A stretch of 64,000 nucleotides of DNA from Okamejei kenojei (lineage: Eukaryota), in the NCBI GenBank assembly GCA_035221665.1, contig CM069133.1, forward strand, positions 51,584,001-51,648,000. The letters run 5' to 3'. The notes under the pieces are model-generated. The model did not search any database. It had not been told where the DNA came from and worked only from the letters and a program-made list of their open reading frames with translations. The position numbers were made by a program, and so were the translations under genes. This document shows positions 1 to 12,092 of this stretch, in pieces. Position 1 is the stretch's first letter, and the number at the start of each line of letters is the position of its first letter.

Positions 1-964
1 CTTATTTAACATCTTTCGTACAGAACGTCTCAAGGTGCTGTACAGAAATGTGATTCTGAGTCACAGAAGACAAGATAGGAAATGTATGACTGCAAGACTG
101 ATGAAATGCAAGATAAGGACGGAGAGGAATGTGAGGTATTTAGTGCTAACTCACATTTAATGGCTGCTTCAAGTCCATTTGGAATGGACAACTTTGAAGG
201 AGGAAGATGCTTGTAGGGGAAGTGGGTGGAGATTGGAATCATTCCATTGATGGAATCTAAGATATCTCTCTTATTTTACATCTCTGAAGTAGATTGTTAC
301 AAATGAATTGCCTGCTAGACCGCTTCAGAGGATGATTAACAGTCAACTGCATTGTTATAGACATGAGAAACTAGAGCAGAGAGAACATTTAATAACATAA
401 GCTAACTTGGGTACTGGAAAGCAGTTTATCAATTGTTTCCTGGGAGTAGGAGGCAAGTCTCATTGAAAAGATCATACAGAGGACAAGGCAGGAATACAAG
501 ATAGATGACAAATTCAGGACTGGAGCTAAGGGAGGCTTCGTCAAAAAAGTTTGCCTTAGGGGCAAGAAGAAATAGAATCGGAAGAGGGATCTGAATGGAT
601 GGACTTCTCAAGACATGTTGTGCAATACACCAAAATTTCCTTTTTAAGAAAAATGATAACCTATGAAACATTGCACAATTATTGACAAGGGCAATGAATC
701 AATAGTCTTTTATATTCCGTGGCAGAAGGTAGCAGGCACTGAAAAAAGCAATGACTGTGAACAAAGATTTTATTTCGGAGTCACGTGAGTGACTACGTGA
801 AGACCCCGTCCAGCACGCATGCGCGACATTAGCGTTCATGTAGTGCACCCGCGACGAACGGGAGTTCAAGGCGCTCCCGCTACATATTGAAAAGTCGGGC
901 CGACAGGTAAGTTTTACCGTGGCCGTGTGTATTTTCTCTGTGGTATGCTTTATGTTCCAGGTGA

Positions 965-2222
965 ATGAGCAAGACCAGAGGGAGGAAATCTGCAGCTCGT
1001 CCCCGTTCGTCTTCCGTTGGGGAACGTTCTTTGGAGGGGGGGCAAGAGGCGGCAGGAATAACTACCGAGCCGAGCCCAGCACCGCCAGTGCAGCCTGAGC
1101 AGCTACCTGGAGCCAGAACAGACGGTAGTATCTGACGATTCGGATGAGGATGCCTCACCGCTCGAGAGCGGCACCGGCAGCCGCCTAAGCCGAATGGAAC
1201 AGCTTATGGAGCAATTGCTCCAGCGAGATCTGCTGAGAGAGCAGCAGCAGACTCGCCAAGGGAGCTCAGGCACTCCCGCAGTGCCCTTTACGGCACTGAC
1301 CATTGCTTCACCTTCTTTTGAAGGCAGCATTGGCGACCAGGTCTAGGCTGGTCAAGATGAGGGGTTGTTGGCTGAAGATGTCCGGAGTACGCAGGGTGTA
1401 CAGGCTCAGGAAGAGCTGCTGGGTGTGGTCGACCGCTAGTTGGTCATTCCACGAGCGGGTCGGCCTTTAGAGCCAAAACTTGCAGCCAGCATTGACCACC
1501 TGTCCTCAAAACCCCTAAAAGAACAGGTGGTCAATGAGGCTCTTGAACAATATACAGCCCCAGAAAATTGTACATCATTGAATGTACCAGCTGTAAACAG
1601 CCAAATATGGGGACATTTGGCGCAGAACATCAGGAACCTGGAGTTGAAGCTCCAGAAAATCCTTAAACTCCTGACTGCAGGAATAACATCATATGCTCGG
1701 TCCATTGATGGTGTGGACATCTCCACAAATCACCAAGACACATTAGCTCTGCTGGGCACCACTCAATATGAGATAAACAATTTACGTTAGGAAATCATCA
1801 AGCCTGCCCTCAACCCTAAATTTGCGGGACTTTGCAAAACACCAGGTTCAGAACCTCCAATTCTGCTCTTTGGAAAGGACCTTCCGAAAAAGGTGAAAGA
1901 CCTAGAGGAAGAATCCAAGACCTTTGGTCTCGTGAGGGCAGGTTTGGGACCGAGCAGACCTAACAAACCCAGGCGGCAGTACCCCACGGCGTCCACCAGT
2001 CGTCGACCACCATATGTGACTGGTGAAAGCTCGGGGTCCGCAACCATTCCCCGTAAGCCTTTTTTAGGCCAGGGCCCAGAGCGGACCCCATGGAAAATGC
2101 GCCACCCCCAACAACAACAACATCAACATCAACAGCAGCCCTCTACAGCTCAGCAGAGACCTCATCATCCAGCGAAGAGGCAGGAGAAGCACAGTAACCA
2201 TGGAGTAGGGGCTCTATACTAA
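965..2222 (+). pseudogene. DIRS gag-like ORF1, broken by stops and frameshifts
   Basis: ATG at 965. Fragments 1440-1790 (YTAPENCTSLNVPAVNSQIW...LQKILKLL) and 1893-2222, plus the intervening LFGKDL motif, resemble DIRS ORF1. Position is upstream of the RT. Confidence 0.7.
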
Positions 2223-4099
2223 CAGGGGGAAGATTGCACTTGTTTTTGGATGCATGGGAATCCATCACTAATGACAAGTATATACTCAGCAGCATTCATG
2301 GCTATAAAATTGACATTGTTCATGAAAACATTCCGCCAGTTCAGTATATACCCCAAAGGGTATTCACACTCTCAGTCAAAGAGAAACAAGAGGGTCAAGC
2401 TGAACTGATGAGGCTACTAGCAAAAGGTGTCATTGAAAGAACAAAACATGAACCTTTGGAATTTGTGTCTAATATTTTCACTAAAACTAAAAAAGAGGGT
2501 GGATGTCGCATCATCATTGACTTAACTACTTTAAACAAGTCTGTTAAGTATATACATTTCAAGATGGAAACTTTTGAAACAGCCAGACTATTGATTTCTA
2601 GAGGTTACTTTCTAGCAAGCATTGATTTAAAAGATGCCTACTACTCAGTACCCATACACAAGGAGCATCGTAAATGCTTAAAGTTTATCTGGATGAAACA
2701 GCTATGGCAATTTAAAGCCTTACCAAATGGTCTAACCTCCACTCCAAGGTTGTTCACTAAAATCTTAAAACCCGCTTTGGCATTATTGAGGAAACAAAAA
2801 CATATAGTCATGGCGTACTTAGACGACATTTTAATAGTAGGGAAAACCTTGGAGACAGCTATTTTGGCAGTAGCAGCCACCAAATGTTTGTTTGAAACTT
2901 TGGGGTTTGTCATACATCCAGATAAATCCAATTTTACACTGTTCACTACCATGGACTATCTTGGATTTACGATTGATACTGTTCGCATGATTGTAACTCT
3001 GCCGAGGGGGAAAGCATCAGAATTGGCACTATCATGCAATGAACTAATGGATAAACATCAGTCAACCATACGGTAGGTAGCTAGAGTTATTGGTAAAATG
3101 GTAACAGCTTTTCCAGCTGTACAATTTGCGCCTTTGCACTATCAAAATTTGCAAAGAGCAAAAGTGCACGCACTAAAGCAAAACTCAGGTCACTTTGACC
3201 GAGTTATGAATTTAACTGCTGAATCCATTCCAGAGTTACAATGGTGGACAAAGAACATTAGGCTCAGTTCCAGTCCCATAATAATCACCAACCCAGTATT
3301 AACCATTCAAACGGATGCCAGTGCTTTGAGCTGGGGAGCAACTAACATGCAATCCAGCACAGGGAGCAGATGGACTAATTCTGAATCATCCTGCCTACAG
3401 ACACGGGGTATCAACTACTTAGAAATGTTGGGTGCGTTTTATGGTTTAAAAGCATATTCATCTAATACGCGTCATGCACATGTCCGGTTGCAATTAGATA
3501 ATACCACGGTGGTGGCTTATATCAACCACATGGGTGGTGTAAAGTCCATATCGTGTGACAATTTGGTCAACCTAATCTGGCAATCGTGTGTCGAAAGACA
3601 TATTTGGTTATCAGCAACTTACCTACCAGGTAAGCAAAATACATTGGCAGACACCACGTCACGCAAATTTAACGATAACATCGAATGGATGTTAAATCCC
3701 AAAGTATTTGCTGAAATTACAAAGCAATATGGCACACCAGATATCGATCTATTTGCATCCAGGCTGAATCACCAGGTACCAACGTATGTCGCTTGGGAAC
3801 CAGTCCCTGAGGCAGCAGCAGTTGATGCATTCACGCAGCATTGGGGGAAAATGTTATTTTATACTTTTCCTCCTTTCTGCCTCATCAGTCGGGTATTACG
3901 CAAGATTCAATTGGATTCCGCTTCAGGAATCTTGATAATACCCGACTGGCCTACACAGCCATGGTTCCCAGTGGCCCTCGACATGGCTGTCGAAACACCG
4001 TTGGAATTCCCCAGCAGTCCAGAATTATTAATCCACCCAGTGTCAGGCATTAGTCACCCGTGCCATGACAGAGTCAATCTCCTGGCTTGCAGATTCTAA
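2200..4099 (+). pseudogene. DIRS pol: reverse transcriptase, RNase H and methyltransferase-like domain; in-frame TAG at 3074-3076
   Basis: RT motifs SIDLKDAYY, LPNGL and YLDD. RNase H motifs TDAS, INYLEM, LDNTT and NTLAD. C-terminal DIDLFAS...DAF...YTFPPF...PDWPTQPWF is typical of the DIRS1 MT domain. Confidence 0.92.
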
Positions 4100-4376
4100 A
4101 AAGACCTCTACTGGGCCTGGGACTGTCTGAGGACGCCATCAACATGATGACCGCATCCCACCGGGAGTCCACCAGGAGACAATAGCTGACCAACATAAGA
4201 AAATGGGAACGGTATTGCTCCAAAACAGGAACTACCTACTCAACAGCTACAGCCACCAGTGTTGTGGAGTTCCTGGTTGGATTACATCGGGAAGGACTCA
4301 GCTACAGTGCCATCAATACAGCCAGGAGTGCGTTGTCAGCTTATTTGGTTCCAGCAGCAGGATCACAGAGCTTTGA
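4090..4376 (+). pseudogene. DIRS tyrosine recombinase, N-terminal part only (catalytic domain deleted)
   Basis: The frame reads LGLSEDAINMMTASHRESTRRQ*LTNIRKWERYC...SVVEFL...GLSYSAINTARSALS and then runs straight into the ICR. No catalytic R-H-R-Y region is present. Confidence 0.8.
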
Positions 4377-4894
4377 AGTCTTCACGTAGTCATTCACGTG
4401 ACTCCGAAATAAAATAGTGAGATTAAATGAGAACTTACCAGTTCGAAGATTGATCTGTATTTTATGAGGAGTTACGATGAGGGATTACGTGCCCTCCGCT
4501 CCCACCCTCTATTATACAGATCAACTGGTAATTAAGTTCTTATTTTTTCTTTACTATATTTATTTCAATTGTTGTGTTTTTTCTGTGAATCCACACCGCT
4601 GTTTTGAAGAATGTCGTGCATGCGTGCTGGACGGGATCTTCACATAATCCCTCATCGTAACTCCTCATAAAATACAGATCAAACTTCGAACTGGTAAGTT
4701 CTCATTTAATCTCACTATTTTATTCCACTGAATTTTCATCACATTGACATTCTTTCACATCTTAATGTATTTGAAACAATTGCCACCAAAGATAGATAGA
4801 GCATAAAATATTTGAGATTGTTGGCACTTTGCATAAATCGTACTTCACACATATCAGGTTTTATGCATATCTGCACAACTATATCAAACCACTA

Positions 4895-5777
4895 CAGCTC
4901 CACCACCAATTTTCTGGCAAATTGTTGTCCGGCACCTCGTTTAATATGGGCAAAATTACGAAAGCAACTTGAAATCCCCCCCGTAAATCCACCTGCAAAT
5001 GTGGCGCCTAGGTGAGGCTGCCGATCTCAATCTCATCGGAACTTCTGTAGCCAATCGGCGGGTCAAATTTGATCTCTGCAGTCGGGGCTCTGGAAAATTG
5101 ACCTGGCCGGAGCCAATAGACAATAGGTGCAGGAGTAGGTCATTCGGCCCTTCGAGCCAGCGCCACCATTCAATGTGATCATGGCTGAACATCCCCAATC
5201 AGTATCCCGTTCCTGCCTTCTCCCCATATCTCCTGACTCCACTATCTTTAAGAGCCCTATCTAGCTCTCTCTTGAAAGTATCCAGAGAACCGGCCTCCAC
5301 CGCTCTCTGAGGCAGAGAATTCCACAGACTCACAACTAACTGTGTGGAAAAAGTATTTCCTCATCTCCGTTCTAAATGGCTTACCCTTATTCTTGAACTG
5401 TGGCACCTGATTCTGGGCTCCCCCAACATCGGGAACACGTTTCCTGCCTCTAGCGTGTCCAAACCCTTAATAATCTTATATGTTTCAATAAGATATCCTC
5501 TCATCCTTTTAAATTCCGGCAGATCCGTTCTCATAGCCGATTTCTGTGACTGATCGGCAAATTTGCTCCCTGTGGCTGGGACTGGAACTGCGGCCTAGCC
5601 ACTTCGGAGGCCGACTTTGCTGGCCGGTATCTCAGCCCCTTGGCGGCCTAGGCAAACCATTCGGTACCATTTGACTTTTCTCAGAGGCCACGACCTATGT
5701 TGCCTCGATCAGTGGCAAAATGGATAATCCAGCAAGGCTCTGGAACCAATGGTGCCTGAAAATCAGTGGTGGGCCTG
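4895..5777. mobile_element. TcMar/Tigger-like non-autonomous DNA transposon with a CR1 fragment inserted
   Basis: Imperfect ~25-bp TIRs CAGCTCCACCACCAATTTTCTGGCA and TGCCTGAAAATCAGTGGTGGGCCTG, flanked by TA at 4893-4894 and 5778-5779. Confidence 0.65.
5114..5517 (-). mobile_element. CR1-type LINE 3' fragment
   Basis: Reverse complement of the 3' ends seen at 33180-33590 and 56200-56610 (GYLIETYKIIKGLD region, 3' UTR and short-repeat tail). Confidence 0.9.
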
Positions 5778-6483
5778 TATTACATTATTAATGAGTCTGC
5801 TTCCATCCATAAACAACAATTTGTATTTCTAGAACTACTTTAATATCATGGTTCATCAGCAGTATTTATCAGCAGTATTAAAAAAAAAACACATGTAAAA
5901 ACTTAAAGGAAAGAAGCTCTTAAATTCTGACTCTCTGACCTAGTATTAGCCATCTGCCATAACATTTTCTTAGATGAGGGAGATGAGGGGTGTTTATGAA
6001 GGAAATTCTGGAGCTAAGTCCAGACAGCTAAATGAAAAGCCACCAAGGGATAGCAGTGGAAAACAGTAATTATTAAAATGGAAAAGTGCAGATGTCTCAG
6101 TGGGATGGAGGGCAAGAAGAAATAAGTAGGATCACAGAGACATGTTGAAAACACCAATAAGTATTGTAAACTCATAATCTTATTTAGCAAAGAACAATGT
6201 AAATTGTAGGGTGATAGCTGCTCTTACGACAAAGGCAATTGAGAATAAGTTTATGAAGGGCAAACAGGGTCTTCATAACTCCTGTAAAGTTGATCAGAAA
6301 TCAATTTCCAATCCAGATATTGGGACTCAGGACTTAAACATCTGCTATCTTTCCCAATGAGTTCCAAATTTATTCGTATTAATGTTTATCAAGAATTAGT
6401 TCACAGAACTAAACATTTCTCATTCAACGATCTCTGTCAAGACATATTTACAATCAATAATGATGCAGCATCCAACCCTTTAC

Positions 6484-6583
6484 CTGATGCCAGACCAGTC
6501 AGAGTTACAACCAGCCATCCAGACCAAGCATCATATAAGCTTTTTATGAACTCCCATACAGAATCTTTCTTCTTGCTAGTAAT
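6484..6583 (-). CDS. CLCN3: CLCN3 internal coding exon (100 bp), start of the membrane domain
   Basis: Acceptor ttttgttgcag|ATT and donor TCAG|gtaaag. Encodes [33 protein letters not shown]+G, in phase 0 with the preceding exon. Not shown in the ORF track. Confidence 0.95.
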
Positions 6584-8212
6584 CTGCAACAAAAGAGTAT
6601 TGAATTATAAACTACATACACAGCTAATTGTCCAGCAGTACTCAAACTTCCTGCTTGGACATCAAAAATAATGTTTATGAAATATTTTCCTGAATTCTAA
6701 TCACTCTGATCTTTTCATCATGCACACGGTAAATTTAAAATAAATACAGAAATCAATGTTGCACTGATAAGCAAAAACTAGTAATTGGTTCCTAATCCTC
6801 TGCCTCAGCAATGGTCTCGATAAATAAGCTTTGTCAGTCTTTGACAAAAAAACAACCTTCAACACTGTTGCAATTATTATCTGAGCTATAAAAATGTTAT
6901 TGCAATCATGTCATCTCTCATTTTTCCCAACACAATTTGAATCGTTTCTTAAATGCAGTTAATTATCGTTAACCTAAGGATAAACTGATTTTATAAATAT
7001 GATTGCAATTGAATGAACGAGGGAATCCTGAATAATACAAAGTGCTGCAGTAACTCAGCTGGTCAGGCAGCATCATCTGTAGAGGGAATGGTGACATTTT
7101 GTCGAGTTCGAAGATGGGTCCTGATTTGAAATGGTGCCTACCATTCCCTCCACAGATGGCGCTTGACCCAGTCATTATAGTGCAAGCTCAGTTCAATAAT
7201 AAGCTGCTGGAGGAGATAGTTGAGGCAGGTACCAGAATAGCATTTAAGAGACAATCGTACAGGTCCATGGATAGGACAGGGTTAGATGCTTATGGCCAAA
7301 TGCAGGCAGGTGGGAATAGTGTAGATGGAATGTTGGTTGGTGTGGGCAAGTTGGGCTGAAGGGCCTGTTTCCACGTTTTATGACTTTCTGTCCCTAATAA
7401 TGACTTCTGTTCACCTGGCATGCATTTCTGAAAAGGCTCAAAGTACCAGCTGGATTGCAAGCTCAAAATGAGAGGGTTTAAGCTAGTCTGGCTAGATAAA
7501 TTTGAAAGGTGCCAGAGAAATGGGGAACCAGACATATTGTACCATTATTTAAGAAAACTGTTCTGTCAGCTTAATCTTGGTGGAAGGCAAGAAAATCTAA
7601 GGGACTGTTCTAATCATCATCTCTGTGGATGAAGATTAACCACCGATTAACCAACCAGCATGGATAGGATGATGACATTGAAGCAAAAAAACACAGGTCC
7701 AAAAGTCCAAAATAAAAATCGAAAATCCCAGAGAGACTCAACATGTCAGACAGTGCCTGTGAAGAGAAAGAATGAGGCAAAGTTTCAGCTGTGATTCTGT
7801 AAGGTTTATTTTCTATCATTCCTTTAGCAGCCCTAGATATTCCATCAACATTGGCTCTATCTTTTTATCAACAGAAGCTGACTGATCTGCTGAGCATTTC
7901 TATTTTTGTTAAGAGAAAGTTGTATTGAACAAAATTGATTTGAAGTTTTGAAGAGGCAACAAGGATGTCGACATGGATTTCTACCAAGGCGCCATGAGGA
8001 AGATTGATCAGTGAAATTTAAGGTGCCATGATGTTCTGCAGGCTCAGTAGGAGGTGTCACAATGCTTGTGATATTCATTAATGGATTGCACCAAAATGTT
8101 AGAGGTATTTTTAAGAAGTCAGCAGCTAATAAGAAAAAAAGTATTGTGGTAATAGTGGGGGCAAAAAGTTATTTTCAGACAGGAACAAGAGAGCAGTTAG
8201 CAAAAAAAGTGG

Positions 8213-8840
8213 GTCCCCTTCAAGACCATTGGAAGGTTTGAGTTATAGAGAGAGAATAGATAGGCTAGCAGTACTTTCCCTGGAGCAACGAAGGCCACGG
8301 GGTGACCCTATACTTAAAATAAGTGGCACAGATAAGATGGATTGTCACAATCTTTTCCCCCTCAGTTGTCTAAATGTAGAAACATAGGTTTAGGGTCGAA
8401 GGGTAAAGATTTAAAGGGGTCCAGACAGAGGGGGTGGGTAGGTGGAACAAGCAGAAACAGAAAGCGCTAAATGCAGATACAATTACAATGTTTAAAAGAC
8501 ATTTGAACAGGTTTATGGATAGGAAAAGCTCAGTGGGATGTGGGCCAAATGCAGGCAAATGAGATAAGCTCAGGAATGTAACTTGGTCAGCATGGACCGA
8601 AAGGCCAGTTTTTATGTGATACAATTCTATACCTCTGTTGGACAGTATTCATTGGGAAAGAAGTATGATCCTGTGAGGAAAAAATCCTGCCTCACTAATT
8701 AGAGTTTTTTTGTGGAGGTAACTCAGACAAAGTTCAGAAGGCAGGGCAGTAGATATTGTCTACGTCGACTTTAAGATATTTGACGAGGACCTGCGTTGTA
8801 GGCTGGTCGAAAAGGTTTAGGCAACAAGGGACCTGAGATG
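8213..8840 (+). mobile_element. old CR1 fragments (3' end, then an RT piece)
   Basis: Degenerate matches to the CR1 3' region and to the NLLEFFE / VDIVYMDF coding sequence seen intact at 41220-41320. Confidence 0.6.
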
Positions 8841-9086
8841 CTTGCTAATTAGAACTAAGAATATCTTTGGTCCTCTCTCCACTATCTGCCCTGCTGAATA
8901 TTTTCAGCATCTTCTGATCTCCTCTAAATGAGCTCTGCAAGTTGTGATCGACACCACTGGCGGTGATCTCAAAACTTAAGACAACAGAAATAGTAGTTAT
9001 TAAAATAAATATATTTAGATTCACCACTTTTCTGAATTGTTCACCTCTCCACCAATATTCAATGTGAAATTACTTGCCCCACTCAC

Positions 9087-9244
9087 CTTTCTGTGCCTTT
9101 CTCGGTCTTTACACTTCTCCCGCACCCAGTCAATGGTGTGGAAATCATCATATGTTCCAACGCCAGGTATTGGTTCGTCCAAAAGGTCCAATAAATGCGT
9201 TGTGCTGTTTATACCACCCCCATTCGTCATTGTATAGTTGGCTC
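9087..9244 (-). CDS. CLCN3: CLCN3 internal coding exon (158 bp)
   Basis: Acceptor ttttcttgttaaag|GA and donor AAG|gtgagt. Encodes (G)[52 protein letters not shown], nearly identical to the ClC-3 N-terminal region with the LLDLL dileucine cluster. It also contains the Met used as start by the short ClC-3a form. Confidence 0.97.
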
Positions 9245-10229
9245 CTTTAACAAGAAAATTCATGTTAATTTCATTCACAGCAATGAACTGTGTGTGTGAT
9301 TTTCTTTTTTTTTTAAACTGACATTGATCCTGGAAACGATCAACCATTATGCTATAATTAGATTCCAATTATATAAATTCACATATATTTTAATCCAAAT
9401 TGCAATGACAACATTCCATGAATTCCTGCTCCAGACTCCTCTCAATTTACAGGCAGTGCATCATCTACTGTGAAGACACAGTGCTGGTGTAGCTCAGCAG
9501 GTCAGGCAGCACCTCACGAGAATATGGATAGGCAACATTTTGGGTCGACACCCTTCCGAGTCTGAAGAATGGTCCCGACTTGAAACGTCACCTGAGTACA
9601 TCTATCTTTGACTTCACCCTGTGCCAACTGACAGAATCAATAAGCACAAGGAATCTATTTTAATGCTGTATTGATGACAATATACAATGCTAGAAACTAA
9701 TTCCAAGCATTTCTTTCTTTTTTAACAAAGCAAATTCTATAATCTTATTTAAAATACAAAAATAATTCCCAACAAAAATTATGACATAATATTCTGAAGT
9801 TGGTTGTGTGGACTAGACTGCAATACGAACCAGTAACAAGCTGAAAATATACAACCATGACCCACTGGCATCTAAAAGTAAAGCAATAGTGTTACAGTTA
9901 CAGATAAAGTGCAGATAAAAGAAATGCAAGGGCTGCAATGAAATCTGTTGAAATTTCTTGCAGCCTTGGACAGAGCATTTTCCAAACTAAGCTGTGATGC
10001 ATCTCAGTGGGATTCTTTCTACGTTTGAGTTCAGTTCAGTTCAGTTGAATTTTGTTTATTGTCATGTATAGTGAGAAGCTTTTGTTGCATGCTGACTAGA
10101 TTAGAATCTAGCCATCCACAGTGAACAGATGCATGATAAAGGGAATAACGTGAATAAAATTTAGTGCAAGATAAAGTCCAGTAAAGACCGATCAAAGATA
10201 GTCCGAGGATCTCCAAAGAGGTAGATAGT

Positions 10230-10510
10230 AGCTCAGGACTGCTCTCTAGTTTTTGGAAGGATGGTTCAGTTACCTGATAACAACTGGGAATAAACTGTCC
10301 CTGAATCTGGAAGTGTGTGTTTTCATACTTCTATACCTGTTGCCTGATGGAAGAGGGGAGAAGAGGGAGTGATTCGTCCTTGATTATGCTGGTGGCATTG
10401 CCGAGGCAGCGTGAGTTATAAACGGAATCAATGGAAGGAAGGCCAGTTTATTTGATGGTCTGTGCTGCGTCCACAATTCTCTACAGTTTCTTGCAATCTT
10501 GGATGCTGCT
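10230..10510 (-). mobile_element. Rex/Babar-type LINE 3' fragment
   Basis: Similar to 62455-62700 and 63563-63720 (cagcatccaagattgcaagaaactgtagagaattgtgg on the minus strand), with a (CAGTT)n tail nearby at 10027-10046. Confidence 0.55.
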
Positions 10511-10964
10511 GTTCAGTTCAGAATACTGACACAAAGATTTAAACAAAATTCTGAAGGACATTACAGACTCGCTGTGACTGCTTCCATTAGTAACATGACA
10601 CCCATATTTTCTGAAGGAACATTAACTTCACAAAGAAGACATGAATGAAAAATAAATAGTTGATATCAAGGTCTTCAGCCTTTAGGAATATTAGCCTAAA
10701 TCTGCTGTTGTATACTTTCAGATAAATCATCCACTGCCATAGCTGGAAACTTTCTTCAATTCTGGCATTAATAGTCATAGCATGAACTCTGTGACAAACT
10801 GTGAGACTAGTTTTAATTGAAAGTTTCCAGAGATGCCCCTCTGACCCGCTGAATTGCTCCAGCACTTTGTGTCTTTTCTTCAATTCTGGCATTAATAGTC
10901 ATAGCATGAACTCTGTGACAAACTGTGAGACTAGTTTCAATTGAACAAGAACAGTCATTAACAA

Positions 10965-11185
10965 AAAAGACACAAAGTGCTGGAGTAATTCAGCGGGTCA
11001 GAGGGGCATCTCTGGAGAACATGGGTTGGTGATCTTTTGGGTCAGGAATCTTCTTCAGATTGAAGAAGGGCCCTGACCCAAAACATCACCTATCCATGTT
11101 CTCCAGTTGCTGCATGACCTGCTGAGTTACTATAGTAGTTTCTGCCTTTTTTTGTAAATCAGCATCTGCAGTTTCTTGTATCCAC
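10965..11185. mobile_element. palindromic PLE-terminal element
   Basis: Two inverted copies of the Penelope terminal sequence, centred on cttcttcag-a-ttgaagaag at 11059. Confidence 0.8.
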
Positions 11186-11924
11186 ATTAACAAAACGGCA
11201 TCAGCTAAGGAGTTGGAGGTGGAGCAAGTTATATGACTGAGAACTCACAGCCTATGTGCAGTAAAAAATAATCTACTCTGAAAATAGTCTCTTTAAAGGA
11301 GAAAAGGAACAGAACCTACAGTGACATCTCTCTTTAAAAGCAGGGTAATATTTCCAGAACATTCCTTGCATGGAGGAGTATTGCAGATACATTATGCAGA
11401 TATTAATCAATCTTAGTCAGGTATAGAGGTGTGGTCTGCAGGTTTACTGTTAACAGGGAATATGGCCCCATGATCTCTTCTTGAGCGGGTTGAAGTGCTA
11501 CCGCCCCTATTGCTACTCTTGGAAGCTCTGAAGTGCATCAAATTAATTGAAATATCCAAATTCTTTTAACTCCTATTAACATAATGAAATCACTTTGTTT
11601 TAGTTGTGATTGAACAAGAATATTTGATCTTTGTTGCTGTTCTTTTCATTCTTTCAATTTAATTGCAGCATGTAATTCTTTTTCACTCCACATTTTGACT
11701 ATTTCAGTACATGTGAGAATAGTAAACCAATACCAACCTATCTGACTATGCACATATTCAGTGTTTCCATATACACATTCTATCTTCTATGATCTCTACC
11801 GTACCAGTGAAAGATCATATGATTCAATGCTTCCACACTGGCCTGGTCTTTGAATAGGAAAGTGGCCATAATATTTGTCTGCTGAATTAACATGCATTTT
11901 ATGTTCTAAACATATTAAAAATGA

Positions 11925-12060
11925 ACTACAGATGCTGCTATACACACTGAATGAACTATGAACAATAGACACCGAATGCTGGAGTAACTCAGGGGTCAGG
12001 CAGCTTCTCTGGAGAAAATGGACGTTTCTGGTCGGGACCCTCCTTCAGACCGATTGTCGT

Positions 12061-12092
<32 letters not shown>

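Larger units (their letters stand above)
768..4721 (+). mobile_element. DIRS1-type tyrosine-recombinase retrotransposon, degenerate
   Basis: Inverted terminal repeats 794-830 and 4610-4646. The internal complementary region matches both ends: 4378-4414 is the reverse complement of 768-804, and 4411-4491 is the reverse complement of 4641-4721. TTTT at both termini. Gene order is gag, RT/RNase H/MT, YR. Confidence 0.95.

Noticed and set aside
2217-2225. TACTAAC-AG as branch point and acceptor for DIRS pol
   Set aside because: There is no polypyrimidine tract between branch site and AG, and a TAA-cc-ATG at 2195-2202 already offers a likely original pol start.
3683-4099. bacterial or phage contamination suggested by the methyltransferase and recombinase
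   Set aside because: Both are integral parts of a DIRS retrotransposon with intact ITR/ICR, embedded in a vertebrate intron.
1-6480. next CLCN3 exon (ALAGLIDIAADW...)
   Set aside because: Not seen; probably lies left of position 1.
9021-9368. 115-aa ORF as a stand-alone gene
   Set aside because: Only 9087-9244 is CLCN3-like and bounded by AG/GT; the rest is intron read-through.
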